A stretch of 64,000 nucleotides of DNA from Octopus sinensis (lineage: Eukaryota), in contig NC_043008.1 in assembly GCF_006345805.1 (NCBI RefSeq), forward strand, positions 61,752,001 to 61,816,000. Direction: 5' to 3'. Below the pieces are notes generated by a model. It ran no database searches, was not told the DNA's origin, and saw only the letters and a list, made by a program, of their open reading frames with translations. Positions 1 through 13,960 of this stretch are shown piece by piece. Every line of letters begins with the position of its first letter. Position 1 is the first letter of the stretch. Both the position numbers and the translations under genes were made by a program.

Positions 1-229
1 CACAGTGAGGGACAAGGCCGGCCCTTTGAAATACAGGTACAACAGAAACAGGAAGTAAGAGTGAGAGAAAGTTGTGGCGAAAGAGTACAGCAGGGATCAC
101 CACCATCCCTGCCGGAGCCTCGTGGAGATTTAGGTGTTTTCGCTCAATAAACACTCACAACGCCCGGTCTGGGAATCGAAACCGCGATCCTACGACCGCG
201 AGTCCACTGCCCTAACCACTGGGCCATTG
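1..229 (-). mobile_element. tRNA-derived SINE (family A), cut by the window edge
   Basis: Reverse complement begins tggcccagtggttagggcagtggactcgcggtcgtaggatcgcggtttcgattcccag, with Pol III A and B boxes; near-identical full copy at 26266-26649. Confidence 0.9.
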
Positions 230-739
230 TTGATATAATGTTGATATAAAGTATGAGAAAAGAAATCAGATGGAGATCGCATTTGTAGTAACACTTGTTA
301 TATATAGATTGTTGTGCCGGTGGTGATAGTCACGCTTTGTATTATTTACGGTGGTAGAGAGGTTGGTGGGTAGTAATGTGTTGGTAGCTTTTGTTATCAA
401 TGTCGATCGTGTTCATAATCGATGTCGATCACTAAATATTTTAGTTTTTCAAATCATCTGAAGCGAATCAAAATAAATGGACGTACGTCCCTCACACGTA
501 TTATAACAACATAAAATTTATAATTTTACTTGTGATTCTATCATTATTCGAGCTCCTGCTCTTTCCTTTGTTCGAAGTTACATAGAATTGATTATATATC
601 AATACAATATTGTATCCTGGCTGTTTTATACACAAATGACAGTCATTGATTTCGTAGTGTTTTATTGCAACATTTAACTATTTCCTTCAGTAGATATTTG
701 AATTGTCATCCACAGAAATAGACAATCAAACACAGATTC

Positions 740-774
740 ACACATGTGCTTACATTCACACATATATACAAACA

Positions 775-828
<54 letters not shown>

Positions 829-839
829 GTTGCTTCTGG

Positions 840-881
<42 letters not shown>

Positions 882-1425
882 TATAAACAAAAACACTCAC
901 TTATACGCACACACGTATATAGGTGAGCGTATGTATGTATTTATATTTGTACACACGCGTAAACAATGTGCTAAATGTCTGTTTTGGCAAATATTTAACT
1001 ACATACACATTTTAATTTTACTATATATACTAAACATACCTACCTACATATATATGTATATGTATATGTATATGTATACGTATATATATATATACACATA
1101 CATACATATATTTGTATATATATATATATATATATAATATATATATATATATGCGTATATATGTATCTGTACATCCATCTATGCACACACACATGCATAT
1201 ACAGTATATATAGAATGTATATAAGCAAGACACAATCATAATATTCTGAACATCAGTGTCCTTTGAGCATTTTGTTTTTGCACGAATATTGATGTAACCT
1301 CCTCCTCACCCTGCCCACTCTACACAAACACTCGCACACGCATATAAACACATGTAAGTCTATATATATATAAACACACACTTACATATGCACATGCATA
1401 CAAACGCGCACACACACACACACAC

Positions 1426-1464
<39 letters not shown>

Positions 1465-1560
1465 GTCTGTGTATGTTTATATATACATACATACATATAT
1501 ATAGATATACACACATATATAAATGTGTATATATATATATATATAATCATACACATCTAT
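740..1560. repeat. (TA)n/(CA)n/(TATG)n microsatellite field
   Basis: Directly visible; produces the YI/IY-repeat pseudo-ORFs. Confidence 0.95.
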
Positions 1561-3082
1561 ATATACGATTGTTTTGTAGGTGTATATACGTCATATGTGT
1601 GTGTTTATAAGTTTAAAATTTATATTGTCTCTGAGTGTGTGTTAGAGTGTGTGTATGATTATGCAAGGATGGCTTTTTGTGTAGGTATCTTTACGGCGTA
1701 TGACTGCGTTTTGCAATGTCATATTTATGTTCATATCAGTAGTTGTTAGTAGAGAAGTGTACATACCTTCACACGCACGCACACACACACAAAGGCGCAT
1801 TCACAAACACACATTCTCACATGCACACAGATTGACACATGAATCTATGTATGCAAGTGGGTGCCTGATTTATTAATGTTGCTTCTGGTACTGGTTAACG
1901 TGTATCTTTGAGTTAGTTCATTTGTATACGTGTATGTGTGTGTGTGTGTATGCGAAATGTATGTGTGTATGCGTGTATGATATTTATGTGAATGTTTTAG
2001 TGACTTCAGATAAATTTAAACACATCTCAAGCAGTGTTGTATGTATTTTGCCCAGTTTCACTACAAAAGATTATAAATAATGTTTCAATTCGTCTTGATT
2101 TATTTATTTTTTCTTATTTTTTCTCTTTTTCTCCTTTATTGTCTACTCTCCCTCCCCCCTCTCTATACCCCTTTCCCTCCTGCTTTTTTCTTTCCTCTTT
2201 TCTAACATATTTTATAAACAGTCTGGTGGCAGGCCTATTTCACCGAGGTTTTTGTCTTCAGTATTTTTTTTTTTTATTTTTATCTTTTCCAAGATTTCAG
2301 GTGATCGACTATAAAATACAAGATTATATTCTGCCACCTTTTGTTCTGAAAAATTATTTTTGCCATCCGAAAAATATAAAAAAAAGAACAAAAAAAATCA
2401 AAACAAATCAAGTTGTTATCATTTCTAATTTCTGTTTTATTATTTTCGATATAAATGTTTATTTCTTCGTGACAAAATAATAGTTAAAAAATTATCTATT
2501 TACCAAAATAAATAAATAAAAGAACTACAGGAATCCTCAGTTAATATTTTCCGATGAGATTTTAGCAAGTATAAACTTCGGTTAATATACTTTCTGGTCC
2601 TATTGTACTGAACTTTTCGTTCATTTTATTTCTTCAGTTTCCTTTCATAGCAGGCTGAACTCCATAAGCTCCAGCAATGGAAGAGTTTAGATTGAAACAA
2701 AATACCCCCTTATTGTATATGCTTCTTTCGTGCCTTTAGTAATATGATATTGGCTGAGATAACTAAAACACAGCTTCGAGAGATTCATTACATTGCTGTA
2801 TTGAAATCTTCCATGTAGAACGTTCAAGAAAATCCCATCGCATTCTAGTTTATATCTACGCTTTTTGTTAAAAATAACAACTTGAATAGCCATTCTTGCT
2901 GCTGCAGAGGATGATAACGTCTTTGTTATTGTTGCTGCTTAGCCCCAGGACGATCGCATTCTTCCAAACTTATGATCAAATTATATTTCGGTGATTCTAT
3001 ATTTCATCTCAAAATATATTATCCATTGCCTTCTCAGATTTTTGTATTGCATTTCCTTTTATTAAAAAAATTTACAATGTAT

Positions 3083-3490
3083 AGGCGTAGGAGTGGATGT
3101 GTGGTAAGTAGTTTGCTCACCAACCACATGGTTCCGGGTTCAGTTCCACTGCGTGGCACCTTGGGGAAGTGTCTTCTACTATAGCCACGGGTTGACCAAA
3201 GCCTTGTGAGTGGATTTGGTAGACGGAAACTGAAAGAAGCCCATCGTATATCTGTTTATATGTATGTGTGATCATATGTTTGTGAGTTTGTGTGTGTCCC
3301 CCCAAACTCGCTTGACAACCGATGCTGGTGTGTTTACGTCCCCGTAACTTAGCGGTTCGGCAAAAGAGCCCGATAGAATAAGTACTAGGCTTACAAAGAA
3401 TAAGTCCTGAGGTCGATTTGCTCGACTAAAGGCGGTGCTCCAGCATGGCCACAGTCAAATGACTGAAACAAGTAAAAGAGTAAAGAGAGA
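3083..3490 (+). mobile_element. tRNA-derived SINE (family B, internal TA/TG tract)
   Basis: aggcgtaggagtgg..gtgtggtaag head, ggttccgggttcagt B-box-like segment, 3' tail gactgaaacaagtaaaagag; about 10 copies in the window. Confidence 0.9.
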
Positions 3491-3832
3491 GTAAGGATAT
3501 GATGAAGGGAAAATATCAGTGAGCTGACTGGATTATTTCTGCTCTTTATATTCTGCATTGAAATTCAGTCGAAATCAACCTTACCTTCTATCTTTTTAGA
3601 GCCGATACAACGAAGCACTGTTTGTCGTGCTGAGGTCGATACTGTCGGCTAATTAAAATGTTAACAATGTTAAAACGTGATTGGATCCAAATAAATGTCG
3701 ACGATAAGACATTGTCTTTACATGTTCCTTGTGCGCATGATTTCATAGGGATCTACATTTATGTGTGTGTTCTTCACCGCATATATTCTCATGACTAAGT
3801 TTTTTAATATCGTACTTGTGTTCATGTTAGTG

Positions 3833-4145
3833 AGAAGGCACGTGGTTTAGTGGTTAGGCTATTCCGTTTAAGATCGATTGATTATGAATTTGATTCCCAG
3901 TGACACGTTGTGTCATTGAGCAAAACACGTTATTTCACGTTGCTCCAGTCCACTCGGTTGCCAAAATTGAGTATTATCTTTATTTCAAAGACCAACTTGT
4001 CACACTGTGTCACGATGAATCTCCCTGAGGATTACATTACGGATTCGCGTTTCTGTGGAATGCTCAGCCACATTCATTTATTGGGCAGGCTGTTACTTTG
4101 ATCGGGTCAACTGGAATTCTCGTCATCGTAACCGATGGAGAACCA
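3833..4145 (+). mobile_element. Diverged tRNA-derived SINE sharing its 3' tail with family A
   Basis: tRNA-like head gtggtttagtggttagg; tail caggctgtt..gatcgggtcaactggaattctcgtcatcgtaacc matches the reverse complement of 26281-26330. Confidence 0.7.
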
Positions 4146-4809
4146 GGTTAAGCTGATCATATAAGTAGCAAGAAAATACACACACACACACACGCAGACG
4201 CAAACACACACTTACGTACAGACTGAGTAACACGTAATTCTATGTATGCAAGTGCGTCCGTATGATATATTATTCATACTACGTTGAATGCCTAAACTAA
4301 ATGTATTTCAGTAACTCGTTTCATTTAGCTGATGTGGTGTGGCATGAAATATACGGTGTATACTGTACGACTCGGTTGTTTTGCATTCGGTAATGCAGTA
4401 AGATAATATTTGTACATAAACCATTGAAAACCAGTTTTAACAATATGACACACTAAACGCGTCGCTAGGTTTACACGCTGTACCTAGCTTTTAGCAGTGT
4501 GCAATCCGTTATGAAAGTTCGGGACAGTGTCAAGCATAAAGATAGGAGACAGACGCTGAAAATAGTGATGACTGATCTTTTTCTTTCGCTGTCTATTTCA
4601 CGAAAGGTGAGACGTGTAAAACTGAATAATAAAATGTTGGTTACAGCGTTGCTGATCAAACGAATATATAATCATATTATTATATTCAAACAGGTTTTAA
4701 TTAGGACTGTATCGTTTGATGCTCGTTTAGTTTTCAAATTTCAGTCTGTTGACTGGGTTTATTTTAGTTGCTATACTCTGACGGTTGAATATTTACAAAG
4801 AAGAATGTT

Positions 4810-5078
4810 TTGAGCAGTGGACTCGTAGTCGAGGAATCGCGGGTTCGGATATCAGACCGGGTGATGTGTGTGTGTTTATGAGCGAAATACTTAAGCTCCA
4901 CGCAGCTCCGGCAGAAGGTAACGGCGAACTTCTACTGACTCTTTCGCCGCAACTTTCTCTCACTCTTTCCTCCTGCATCTGCGACGGACCGGCATCCGGT
5001 CCAGGTGGGGAACCTATACACCAGGGAAACCGGCCCTTATGAGCCAAGTATGGCTCGAGAAGGAACAAACAAAACATA
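4810..5078 (+). mobile_element. tRNA-derived SINE (family A head, different tail)
   Basis: agcagtggactcgtagtcgaggaatcgcgggttcggatatcagaccggg head; tail ctcgagaaggaacaaacaaaacata; inverted relative at 5694-5956. Confidence 0.85.
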
Positions 5079-5693
5079 TATTACAGATTAGATTTCAAAA
5101 TTTAATATTTGTGAAAATAAGTATTGTACTAAAGAGAAATTGTGATCCAAAGAATGGTATCTTGCAACTAGAACGCCGTATAATGTATAAATAAATTAGA
5201 GACATGGTTTTAGTAAAAGTTAGAAAAGTATGATATCAATAACCGAAGTCATATGATAAATGTGCTTGCTGTGTTATATGAGAAGGGAGCTGAAGTGATG
5301 GCATGAAGGCCATTATTTTGTAGTAGCAACGTTATATAGGTGTGGAAAGTTACTTCAATGAAAGATTAAATCAGCCGTACAGTTGTTAGCGACCAGCTAC
5401 ATATCTGTAACCAATCTCCGTTTCATTTCTTTTACACAATGTTGAAATATTTTGTAGCTAAATGACACATATAATGAAGCAAATATATGAAATCCTTTCA
5501 TCAATATAGAACTAACTGAGAGGCAGATATCAAACCGTGATAGGCTTGAACTCATAGCACAGATAAGAGAATCAAAACACTTAAAATATTTAGTCCAGCG
5601 TTCTAGTAGCAAGATACCATTCTTTGGACCACAATTTCTCTCTGGTACAATACTTATTTTCACAAATTTTAATTCCGAAAGCTAATCTGTAGT

Positions 5694-5956
5694 ATATGTT
5701 TTGTTTGTTCCTTCTCGAGCCGGTTTTCTTAGTGTATAGGTTTCTCACCTTAACACGACACCGATCCGTCGCAGATGCAAGAGATAAGAGCGAGAGAAGG
5801 TTGTGGCGAAAGAGTCAGCAGAAGTTCGCCATTACCTTCTGCCGGAGCCGCGTGGAGCTTAGATATTTCGCTCATGAATACGCACATCGCCCGGTCTGAA
5901 ATTCGAACTCACGATCCCGAGTCCACTGTTCTAACTACTAAGCCATGTGTCTCCAC
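5694..5956 (-). mobile_element. tRNA-derived SINE, inverted relative of 4810-5078
   Basis: Begins tatgttttgtttgttccttctcgagcc, the reverse complement of the 4810-5078 tail, and ends in a tRNA-like head. Confidence 0.85.
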
Positions 5957-7599
5957 AATCTGTAATATAGCTTAAGTTTATTTATTTCTAAGTACCAAGC
6001 CGACATTACTCTACAGAGGGAAGTTTTTCTCCACTAACTTATAAATCATACTTCCCCTTTCTTGCTCTGCTATCTAGTTTAAGTGTATTTAGCACTAAAC
6101 CTTATCATTGTACTCGCAAAATATTCCCCACATTATTCCCTATTAACCTTCAAATCAGTTTGATATGAAATCCTAAAGATTTAATTCATATGTGCTAATA
6201 AGAATTTAATATGATCAAGGAGCACAGTCCGTCACTCAATAGAAACAGTGATAAATAAAGGATGTTTTTTTTCATTTTTAGACCAAACTACTTAAAAGGA
6301 GAAGATCAGATAAAATATATTTATTTTATTTCTGAAAACATACATTTTCGAATAAAACATAAAACTTCTAATTCAATAAATTGGATTTCGATATGTACAA
6401 ATCTATTACAAGTAAAATAAACACTGAAACGCAAGTAAATAAATATGAAGGTGTTTATTTAATCTATTCCACATAATCGAAAAAGAAAGACTGAAGCCAG
6501 GAAGGAAGCAAAAACAGATCTCTTGTATAAGCTGAAGGATTTTGATTGAAATTAAATTAAAACATATATACATATACACAAGATTCTAGATCTGCAGTTC
6601 GTGTGTTACTATAAAAACAAACCCAAATTTATATAATCGTCACTTTGGATATTCTTCAAAAAAATTATCTCCAAGCTTTCATTCTGGCAAAGTATGATAA
6701 TATTTTCTCAGCAAACGTTAATCCTCCGCGATAAACAACTTCTCAGACAAACAGTTAAACAAGACTCAACAGCTGTCGATCCTAACCAAAATATATTTTT
6801 GGATCAATAGAACTAACAACTACACAAACAGACATCCTGACATTCTAAAAAGGAAATACAAATCACTACTAGCTTTATGTTAATACCAAACATATTACAT
6901 TTTATTCTTTCGACCTTCCATCATTTCTAAGTTCGATGCCAACACATCTTACGCACATCTTGTTATTCGCAATCCCAAGCAGCCATAAATTATGTACAGC
7001 ATCTTGTTGATATTATAACGTGTTGATATCATAATGCGTTATATATTCCCCCATTTTCACCTGTCATTCCAGTATGCATATCTTAAGAAAATACGGGTAT
7101 AGATTCTTTCAACAGATATTTTGTATTCACAATACTTTCAACTGATCAGATTACCGTGAGTAATATCATATCTCAGTATAATTTTAGATCTAAAGAATAA
7201 AACATTCTGGTATATTCTGCTGAAACTTAATATAAAAATATCGTATTGTTATTGTCTATTGTATATATTTTCTATGCCAAAGATCAGTTTGTAAAAATCT
7301 ATAATTATTTGCATTAAAGTTTATTACACCAGACGTTTAATTTCTCATGTGCTTTATAATATATATAGATCGACATTAATAAATATGTAATTATTTAAAT
7401 CTATAATAATAGTGGTGAAATTGTAATTTACAACTGGATAGTTTCCTATAAGCAAAGCACATATGGTTATAATCAAAAAGATGTTACGTAACATGGTAGA
7501 AATTCATAGTTTATACATTTCTTGCTCCTCTCTGATTTTGCTGATGTTCCCGTTTGGTGTGTTTGTGCATCATTTGTACGCGGCTGTACTCAATAAAAT

Positions 7600-7765
7600 G
7601 TTAGTTTTAAGTTTTGGCACAAGGCCAGCAATTTCTGGGAAGTGGCTATGCCAATTACATCTACCCTCAGCTCTCTACTGGTACTTATTTCATCGACCCC
7701 GAAAGGATAAATGGTAAAGTCGACCTCAATAGAATTTGAACTCAGAACGTAAAGCTGGACGAAAT
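7600..7765 (-). mobile_element. CORE-type SINE fragment (family C)
   Basis: tggtacttatttcatcgaccccgaaaggata..aaagtcgacctc is the reverse complement of the CORE-like domain. Confidence 0.75.
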
Positions 7766-7789
7766 AATCCTTTCTTTTATAGACACAGA

Positions 7790-7965
7790 ACATATCATCA
7801 TCGTCATCATCATCATCATCATCATCGTCATCATCGTCATCATCGTCATCACCTCATCATCGTTATCATCATCATCATCATCATCATCATCATCGTCATC
7901 GTCATCGTCATCGTCATCATCATCATCATCATCATCATTGTTATTGTTGTTGTTGTTGCTGTTGT
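7790..7965. repeat. (CAT)n/(CGT)n then (GTT)n trinucleotide repeat
   Basis: Directly visible; explains the poly-H/I/V ORF 7736..8029. Confidence 0.95.
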
Positions 7966-8041
7966 CTTTCCACTGCTTCTAACGCTGGAAGTGTACTACG
8001 GAGACAGCTGTTCACTTCCAGTGAACTAAGGTAACTCCCCT

Positions 8042-8081
<40 letters not shown>

Positions 8082-8262
8082 GAGGAGGAGGAGGAGGAGG
8101 AGGGGTATAGTTGATTACATCGACCCCGGTGTGTAGTTGTTACTTATTTCATCGCCACCGAAGGATGAAAAGTAAAGTCGACCTCGGCAGAATTTGAACT
8201 CAGAACTTAATGATAGAGGAAATGCGGCTAAGCATTATTTCTTGGCGTGGTAATGATATTTA

Positions 8263-8493
8263 TTTCCTTACTACCCACAAGGGACTAAACACAGAGGGGA
8301 CAAACAAGGACAGACAAACAGATTAAGTCGATTATATCGACCCCAGTGCGTAACTGCTACTTATTTAATCGACCCCGAAAGGATGAAAGGCAAAGTCGAC
8401 CTCGGCGGAATTTGAGCTCAGAACGAAGCGGCAGACGAAATACGGCTACGCATTTCGCCCGGCGTGCTAACGTTTCTGCCAGCTCGTCGCCTT
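8263..8493 (-). mobile_element. CORE-type SINE (family C), full length
   Basis: Reverse complement closely matches 9240-9472. Confidence 0.9.
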
Positions 8494-8719
8494 ATGTTCA
8501 ATAAAATATTGAAATTTAGATTACTTTCGATCTAAAAGTGCAATATCTACGAAGAAACTTATCTATTTTAGGCCAGTAACATTATACACCACTATAATGA
8601 GTTAGGAGACCTCTAATTATATTTAGCCTCTCTATTCTAAACTTAGGTTCAGATCTAATTTGTTCTTATTTAATTTTACAGATAAGCAATTTCGCAATGG
8701 TAATATTGAACTAATATCT

Positions 8720-10900
8720 TCCATCCCCAAAAGCCCATTACTCATTATCATCACTTCATCACATCACTTCAAGATACGTTTTATTCCGGAAATTATTCAT
8801 GTCTTCGGCTCAGAAATCCTCCGGAATAGTCAACTCGTTGATTCTCCCCGAGAATGTCGTCGCACTTTCTCGTCACTAACTTTCTATAGAACGCAAAGGT
8901 AGAACTTTGACCGACACACTGCCCGACTGAGAGGACTATGAGTCCATGAAGACACCCTAGGAGCCCTGCCTCTGTCTATGCTTGACCTAAGATTGCATCT
9001 AAGTCAAGGAGACCTGTTCATTATCAAGGAAGCGCTGGATATGCCTTAGCCTCATTGCATACATGCGTATCAGCAGCAACGACATGCCTACTCTTCAATT
9101 TAGCGGGTGCTGACAAAAGAAGGAGCGCATGACTAGTGGAACGCTTCCCTTCTGCAGAACGCGGAAGTGTTTATGCTCCAGTTTCGTCAGGTGTAAACTG
9201 AGGCAAACCACGACGGTCAGGCGGTAATACATAGTAGAACAGGCGGCGAGCTGGCAGAATCGTTAGTACGCCGGGTGAAATGCTCAGCGGTATTTCGTCT
9301 GCCGTTACGTTCTAAGTTCAAATTCCGCCGAGGTCGACTTTGCCTTTCATCCTTTCGGGGTGGATAAATTAAGTACCAGTTATGCACTGGGGTCGATATA
9401 ATCGACTTAATCCGTCTGTCTGTCCTTATGTGTCTCCTCTGTGTTTAGCACCTTGTGGGTAGTAAAGAAATAGGTAATACATAGTAGAAACAAGGTATGC
9501 ATTCTGCCCAACATTTGAGAGACATGCCTCTGATTGAGATTGGTTACTCAGCTCGTCACTTAGTCTCAGGTCTTCTCTGGTTTAGCAACTGTGATGGTGA
9601 TATCGTTCGGATATGCCGATTCGGTTCTCCCAAGTCCTGTTTTCACAATAGTGGTTCTAGAACATATTGGTTCTACTCCCTACAGAAAAAAAACAGGAGG
9701 AAGCACACTCGGTGGACCGACTATGCGCTGCTCCTTAGTTCCGATAGGTAGCCATACACCCGACCTACAGAGTAGCTGTCACTGTGAGTTGCAGCAATTC
9801 AGCCACGGGAAGTAGAACCGAAAACGGTCTGCATGAGAACGGCCGCCATGTATTGGCAGTTAACCGTACTGAAGGCATTTGGTTGACCCGAATTAATCAA
9901 GACCTCACCCGTGCTAGCATTTTTAACCACCCTCTCTATGGTGTATCGCATAAAATGGAGGTTGTCGTTGGCCAGATCTGCTCAGGATGGCGCATTAGCA
10001 ATCAGCACCCGACAACAAGCGTGAACCTTTTCACTAAGACCTCCGCCAAAATTTTGAAAACTGCATTCAACAGTTTTATGGGCCTAAATTTTGTCCCTGT
10101 TTTGGAGTCCCTTCTTAGCAGTTCCACTTCATCTCCACCCACAGAACTAGAAATTCTCCTGTTCTGCTGCTAGTTGCGGTAGACATTTGCTAAGAAACCT
10201 CCAAAAAAGTGCTGCATATAAAATTAAAGCTTGTAGGGCGGACTAACCAAGCCAGGAGATTGTACTCACATGCGTCCCACCATCGCATGCCATATTACTG
10301 CGAGTGTTATCAGCCTTCCAGAATGCTACATTTTCCTACCGAGCCTCGTAGCATACCAGCATATTAGGCACGGTAATCCACCCTGCGTTCCGCGCTACCA
10401 TTCGTCTCACACAGTTGAGAGAAGTGCTGCTGAAAGGCCGTACACAATTACCTGTGCTCGAGTACCATGCTCCTACCTTAAACCACCAAAAAGTAAATTG
10501 TGGTTATGTTTCCACGTTGTGCTTCTTCCACTTGGGCCCATCGAGCGGGGTTTTTCCCCTCGTTTCTTAAGGCATGCAACTTAGATTTGATCATGCATCA
10601 TTCCTGCTTGAAGAATTGGTTCAGTGCTAATAACGCCACCAGCACGTCAAATGGGATGTCTTTCCTATGAGCCTCTTCTAAGCTCCAAGTTTTCCTCTAT
10701 TCTATTTCTAGTATCGTTAATGTTTTACTGGACCTAATAAATTCTACTCTGATCGCTCTTTTCAAGGCAAACCACCATTTGTTCTTGACAATTGAACCCC
10801 GTCTATACATTCACTACAAATTTGCTAGTCTGACCTCTGTAATCTTGGCCTACCGGTAGTGCCGCTCTCAGCTTCTGGTAACCGGTCCCTGCCTAGGGAT
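8720..10900 (-). pseudogene. Decayed Tx1/L1-clade non-LTR retrotransposon (ORF2 linker, RT and C-terminal part)
   Basis: Minus-strand fragments translate as GTGYQKLRAAL (10859-10890, cf. GPGYWKLN), SPGLVSPPYKL (cf. KSPGLDGLPYE), FRPIKLLNAVFKILAEVLVKR, DNLHFMRYTIER and SAYPNDITITV (9593-9619, cf. YADD); many stops and frameshifts; ends approximate. Confidence 0.85.
9240..9472 (+). mobile_element. CORE-type SINE inserted in the Tx1-like LINE, with a 17-bp target-site duplication
   Basis: ggtaatacatagtagaa at 9223-9239 and 9473-9489; tRNA-like head and CORE-like domain ggtcgactttgcctttcatcctttcgggg. Confidence 0.92.
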
Positions 10901-12261
10901 TAGCAATAATACACTAGAATTGCCATGGAAATAAACAGTTTCACTTTCAGCTTGTGAGGACTCTGGACTTATTTCATTGATTAAAATAACATAACTTTAA
11001 ATTCTTCTCACTTCTTTTCACCTCATGAATCTAAAAAGTAAGTACTATTTTCGTCATGTGCATGCAAACCTATATGAATGAGGAAACTTGAAACAATTTA
11101 TTGAAAATGAAAGATAATGCAAGTGGGTGGACAATAATGAAAGATGTCAATTTTGACCACATATTACCAACAATAAATGTTTAAGAGAATTTAAGAGTCT
11201 CTGATCTTTCTGGAAAACACGTACCTGCCGAGTTGTAAACATTTAAGTTTCAACATATAGCTTCAGGCCGAGTCACTTGCTTGACAATTGCACATACATA
11301 ATATGTCAAAACTCTTCTTCTAAAACTGCGTCCAAAAGACTATTGAGATGTTACTAGGCCATATTCAACAGATACTATAATTAATTCCTATATATAAACA
11401 GGTAAAACTATGGCAGCACGAGTTTGATATTATTGGCAGAAGTGTAAAGGATAGACAGGGATTCAAAAGGAGCTCAAAAATTCATTTGTTTTGCAGCCGT
11501 GTCTTAGATGTTTGTCTAATTGGTTTCCATTACTAAAGCCTACAAGAGAAAGATAACAGTAGTATGGCGCGAAATGAGTGCCGCGATACATCCAACATGG
11601 AAACCGCTGTATCATAGAGCATACTGTACTTTATAATTTTGAAACAGTGTGAAGACTACGATATCTCGGTAAAGATTATAAGCCGCTTATACTTGATCGG
11701 TTGCTATACTTCCGGAGCAAATTTGAGATCTAAAGGAAGTGATCAGGGCTACTTAGGAACATTAAAGACATAAAGACAAATAGATTAAATGAAGTCTTCA
11801 TGTGAGTGATGTAAGGAATTATATATTTTAAGTATAAATGACGACAACAAATGAAGATAAATTTGATCAACTGTGGGCTACGTAAGTTGAATGTGAGACC
11901 TAATTTCAAATAAGAAGTAAGCTTAAGTGCTTTCACTTTCTCTATACCGTATCTTTCAGAAGGGAAGATTCTCAAATCCATTTTCGATTCAGAATCGCAG
12001 TGAATGAGATTGATCTTGATAACATGAATTTCGTAAATCTAGAAGCTGAATTTTGTATTATCAGTTGATGGGAGTTTTAAATCTTTAACGTGAAGAATGA
12101 ATTAACTGTAAACGCTGTTGTAGAATTTAGAAAGTGAAAGACTTTGTAATTGAGATGCTGCATATAGGCTTAGACAATACGTCTGTTCAAACGTTATTAG
12201 AATGTAATAATGGCATTCTATTTATCTGATTTCTCTATAACTGGTTTAAAGATTTTTCACA

Positions 12262-12435
12262 AGGCCAGCAATTTCGACGGAAGCAGTAATCGATTACATC
12301 AACTCCAGTTTTCAACTGGTACTCATTTTATTAACCCAAATGTATGGAAGGCAAAGTCGATCTCTGCAGGGTTTGAATTCAGAACGTAAAGGCGAACGAA
12401 ATTTGGCTAAGTGTTTTGCCCAGTGTGCTAACTCT
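12262..12435 (-). mobile_element. Diverged CORE-type SINE
   Basis: aggcaaagtcgatctctgcagggtttgaattcagaacgt resembles the family C head and core in reverse. Confidence 0.7.
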
Positions 12436-13561
12436 CTATCTTAAAAGATTCATTTATACGTGTGTTATAAATGACTATAAGGGACCGAGGAAGATCTTCG
12501 CTTAGGAAAGTATCTTGAACACTATTATGACAATTCTCAGAAAGCTGTCCAAGATAGCTGTGTTGAAATATTTTTTACAGTAAATATGAAATAAATTACA
12601 CTTGAAGAATTATTAGAAGAATTATTATTCAGTATTTTGAAATATCATCTAATTGTCTTGTTTACAGTTTGTATCGTTTATGTAGCTATTTGCGAACGTA
12701 TTTCGAAGTGGCGAAATAAACGAGATATATTTTCAACTGAAAGACATTTAGATAGTCGTAGCCATAGAGTAATCACTAAACATGTTGGTTCTTGATAGGC
12801 AGGTGGTGTCCGAAAGTCAGAATACGCTTCATCATATGTTAGTTGGAACAAGGTGGAATTTGAGACTACATAGTCGCCCTTACTATTAATTATCCAATAA
12901 TTTGTGAGGTTATTGCAGCGTAGGCATTCTATTCATGAAATATCGAGTGAATATCTCAAACGGCTTCTCTCCCACTGGAAAGTACATCTCCTTACACCGG
13001 TGAAGATTGGTGTTGATGCCACCAGATATTTCTTTTGACACAGTGTAAGTATTCTTTCAAATAGTCATTAAAGTTGAAACCACCACCCACATATGGTAAA
13101 TTCATTCACACAACGACGCAGTAAATAGTTTGCTTTACTATATAGTGAAGTTCTCCTCGCGTACATAAGGCTTCTTTTTTGAATGGATAGTTCTTTTCTT
13201 TCTTCTTTTCTTTCTTCTTTTCTTCATTTCTTTCACAGTGCAATATCAGTGTGTTATTATGCTATTTCTCCTAATTCCAGTGACGATGGATGGGACAGCG
13301 TTGATCTCATAACAAAGCAAATCGCTTGAGTTAGATTTACTACGCAGTGCTATTCTAGTTTTTTCTCAGACTTCTCAAGTTACACTAAGTCACCAAAATA
13401 ACATAAAAAAATACGTCCGTTCTTGCATGAAGTCCACAGCACCCTTTTCATAGCAGTGACAAATAAAATCATCTCAATAACCAGGCTCCTTTATAGTTTT
13501 AAAAAAATATTTTTTATATAACACTTATATGAATGAGTCAATATTTTCCGCAATAAAAATT

Positions 13562-13960
13562 GGATCTTTTCGGTTTGAACGGCAGTTTTTTCTAGCGGTA
13601 TCATATGAAATTGTCACCCATAATTATGACCCTAGTCTCGATCTATTGCATTTCAATCCGTTTTAGGTTTAGGGTTATGGTTAGGGGTGTGGAGGAAGGA
13701 TATCTTTTTTTTTCACAAATGTAAATAAACCCAGGGACATATTCATACGGCACAGAATGTTTTTTTACCTCAAATTGGTTGGTTGAACTTGCAGAAATTG
13801 AAGAAAAAAACAACAAATATCTTACAAAGTATAGAATTTTCTCAATAAAGCCAAGAGAAAAAGATGTTTTATAAACACATTCTACCAGTATACGAAGTTT
13901 AAAATTTTTCCGTTACCGAGAAATTATGTTAAAAACTATACGTTTAAACCGAAAAGATCC
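13562..13960. mobile_element. MITE (non-autonomous DNA transposon), 399 bp
   Basis: 20-bp terminal inverted repeats ggatcttttcggtttgaacg and cgtttaaaccgaaaagatcc (one mismatch); no ORF; internal ttaggg-like run. Confidence 0.8.

Noticed and set aside
9784-10584. Plus-strand ORFs 9784..10173 and 10270..10584
   Set aside because: Antisense frames of the decayed Tx1-like LINE on the minus strand.
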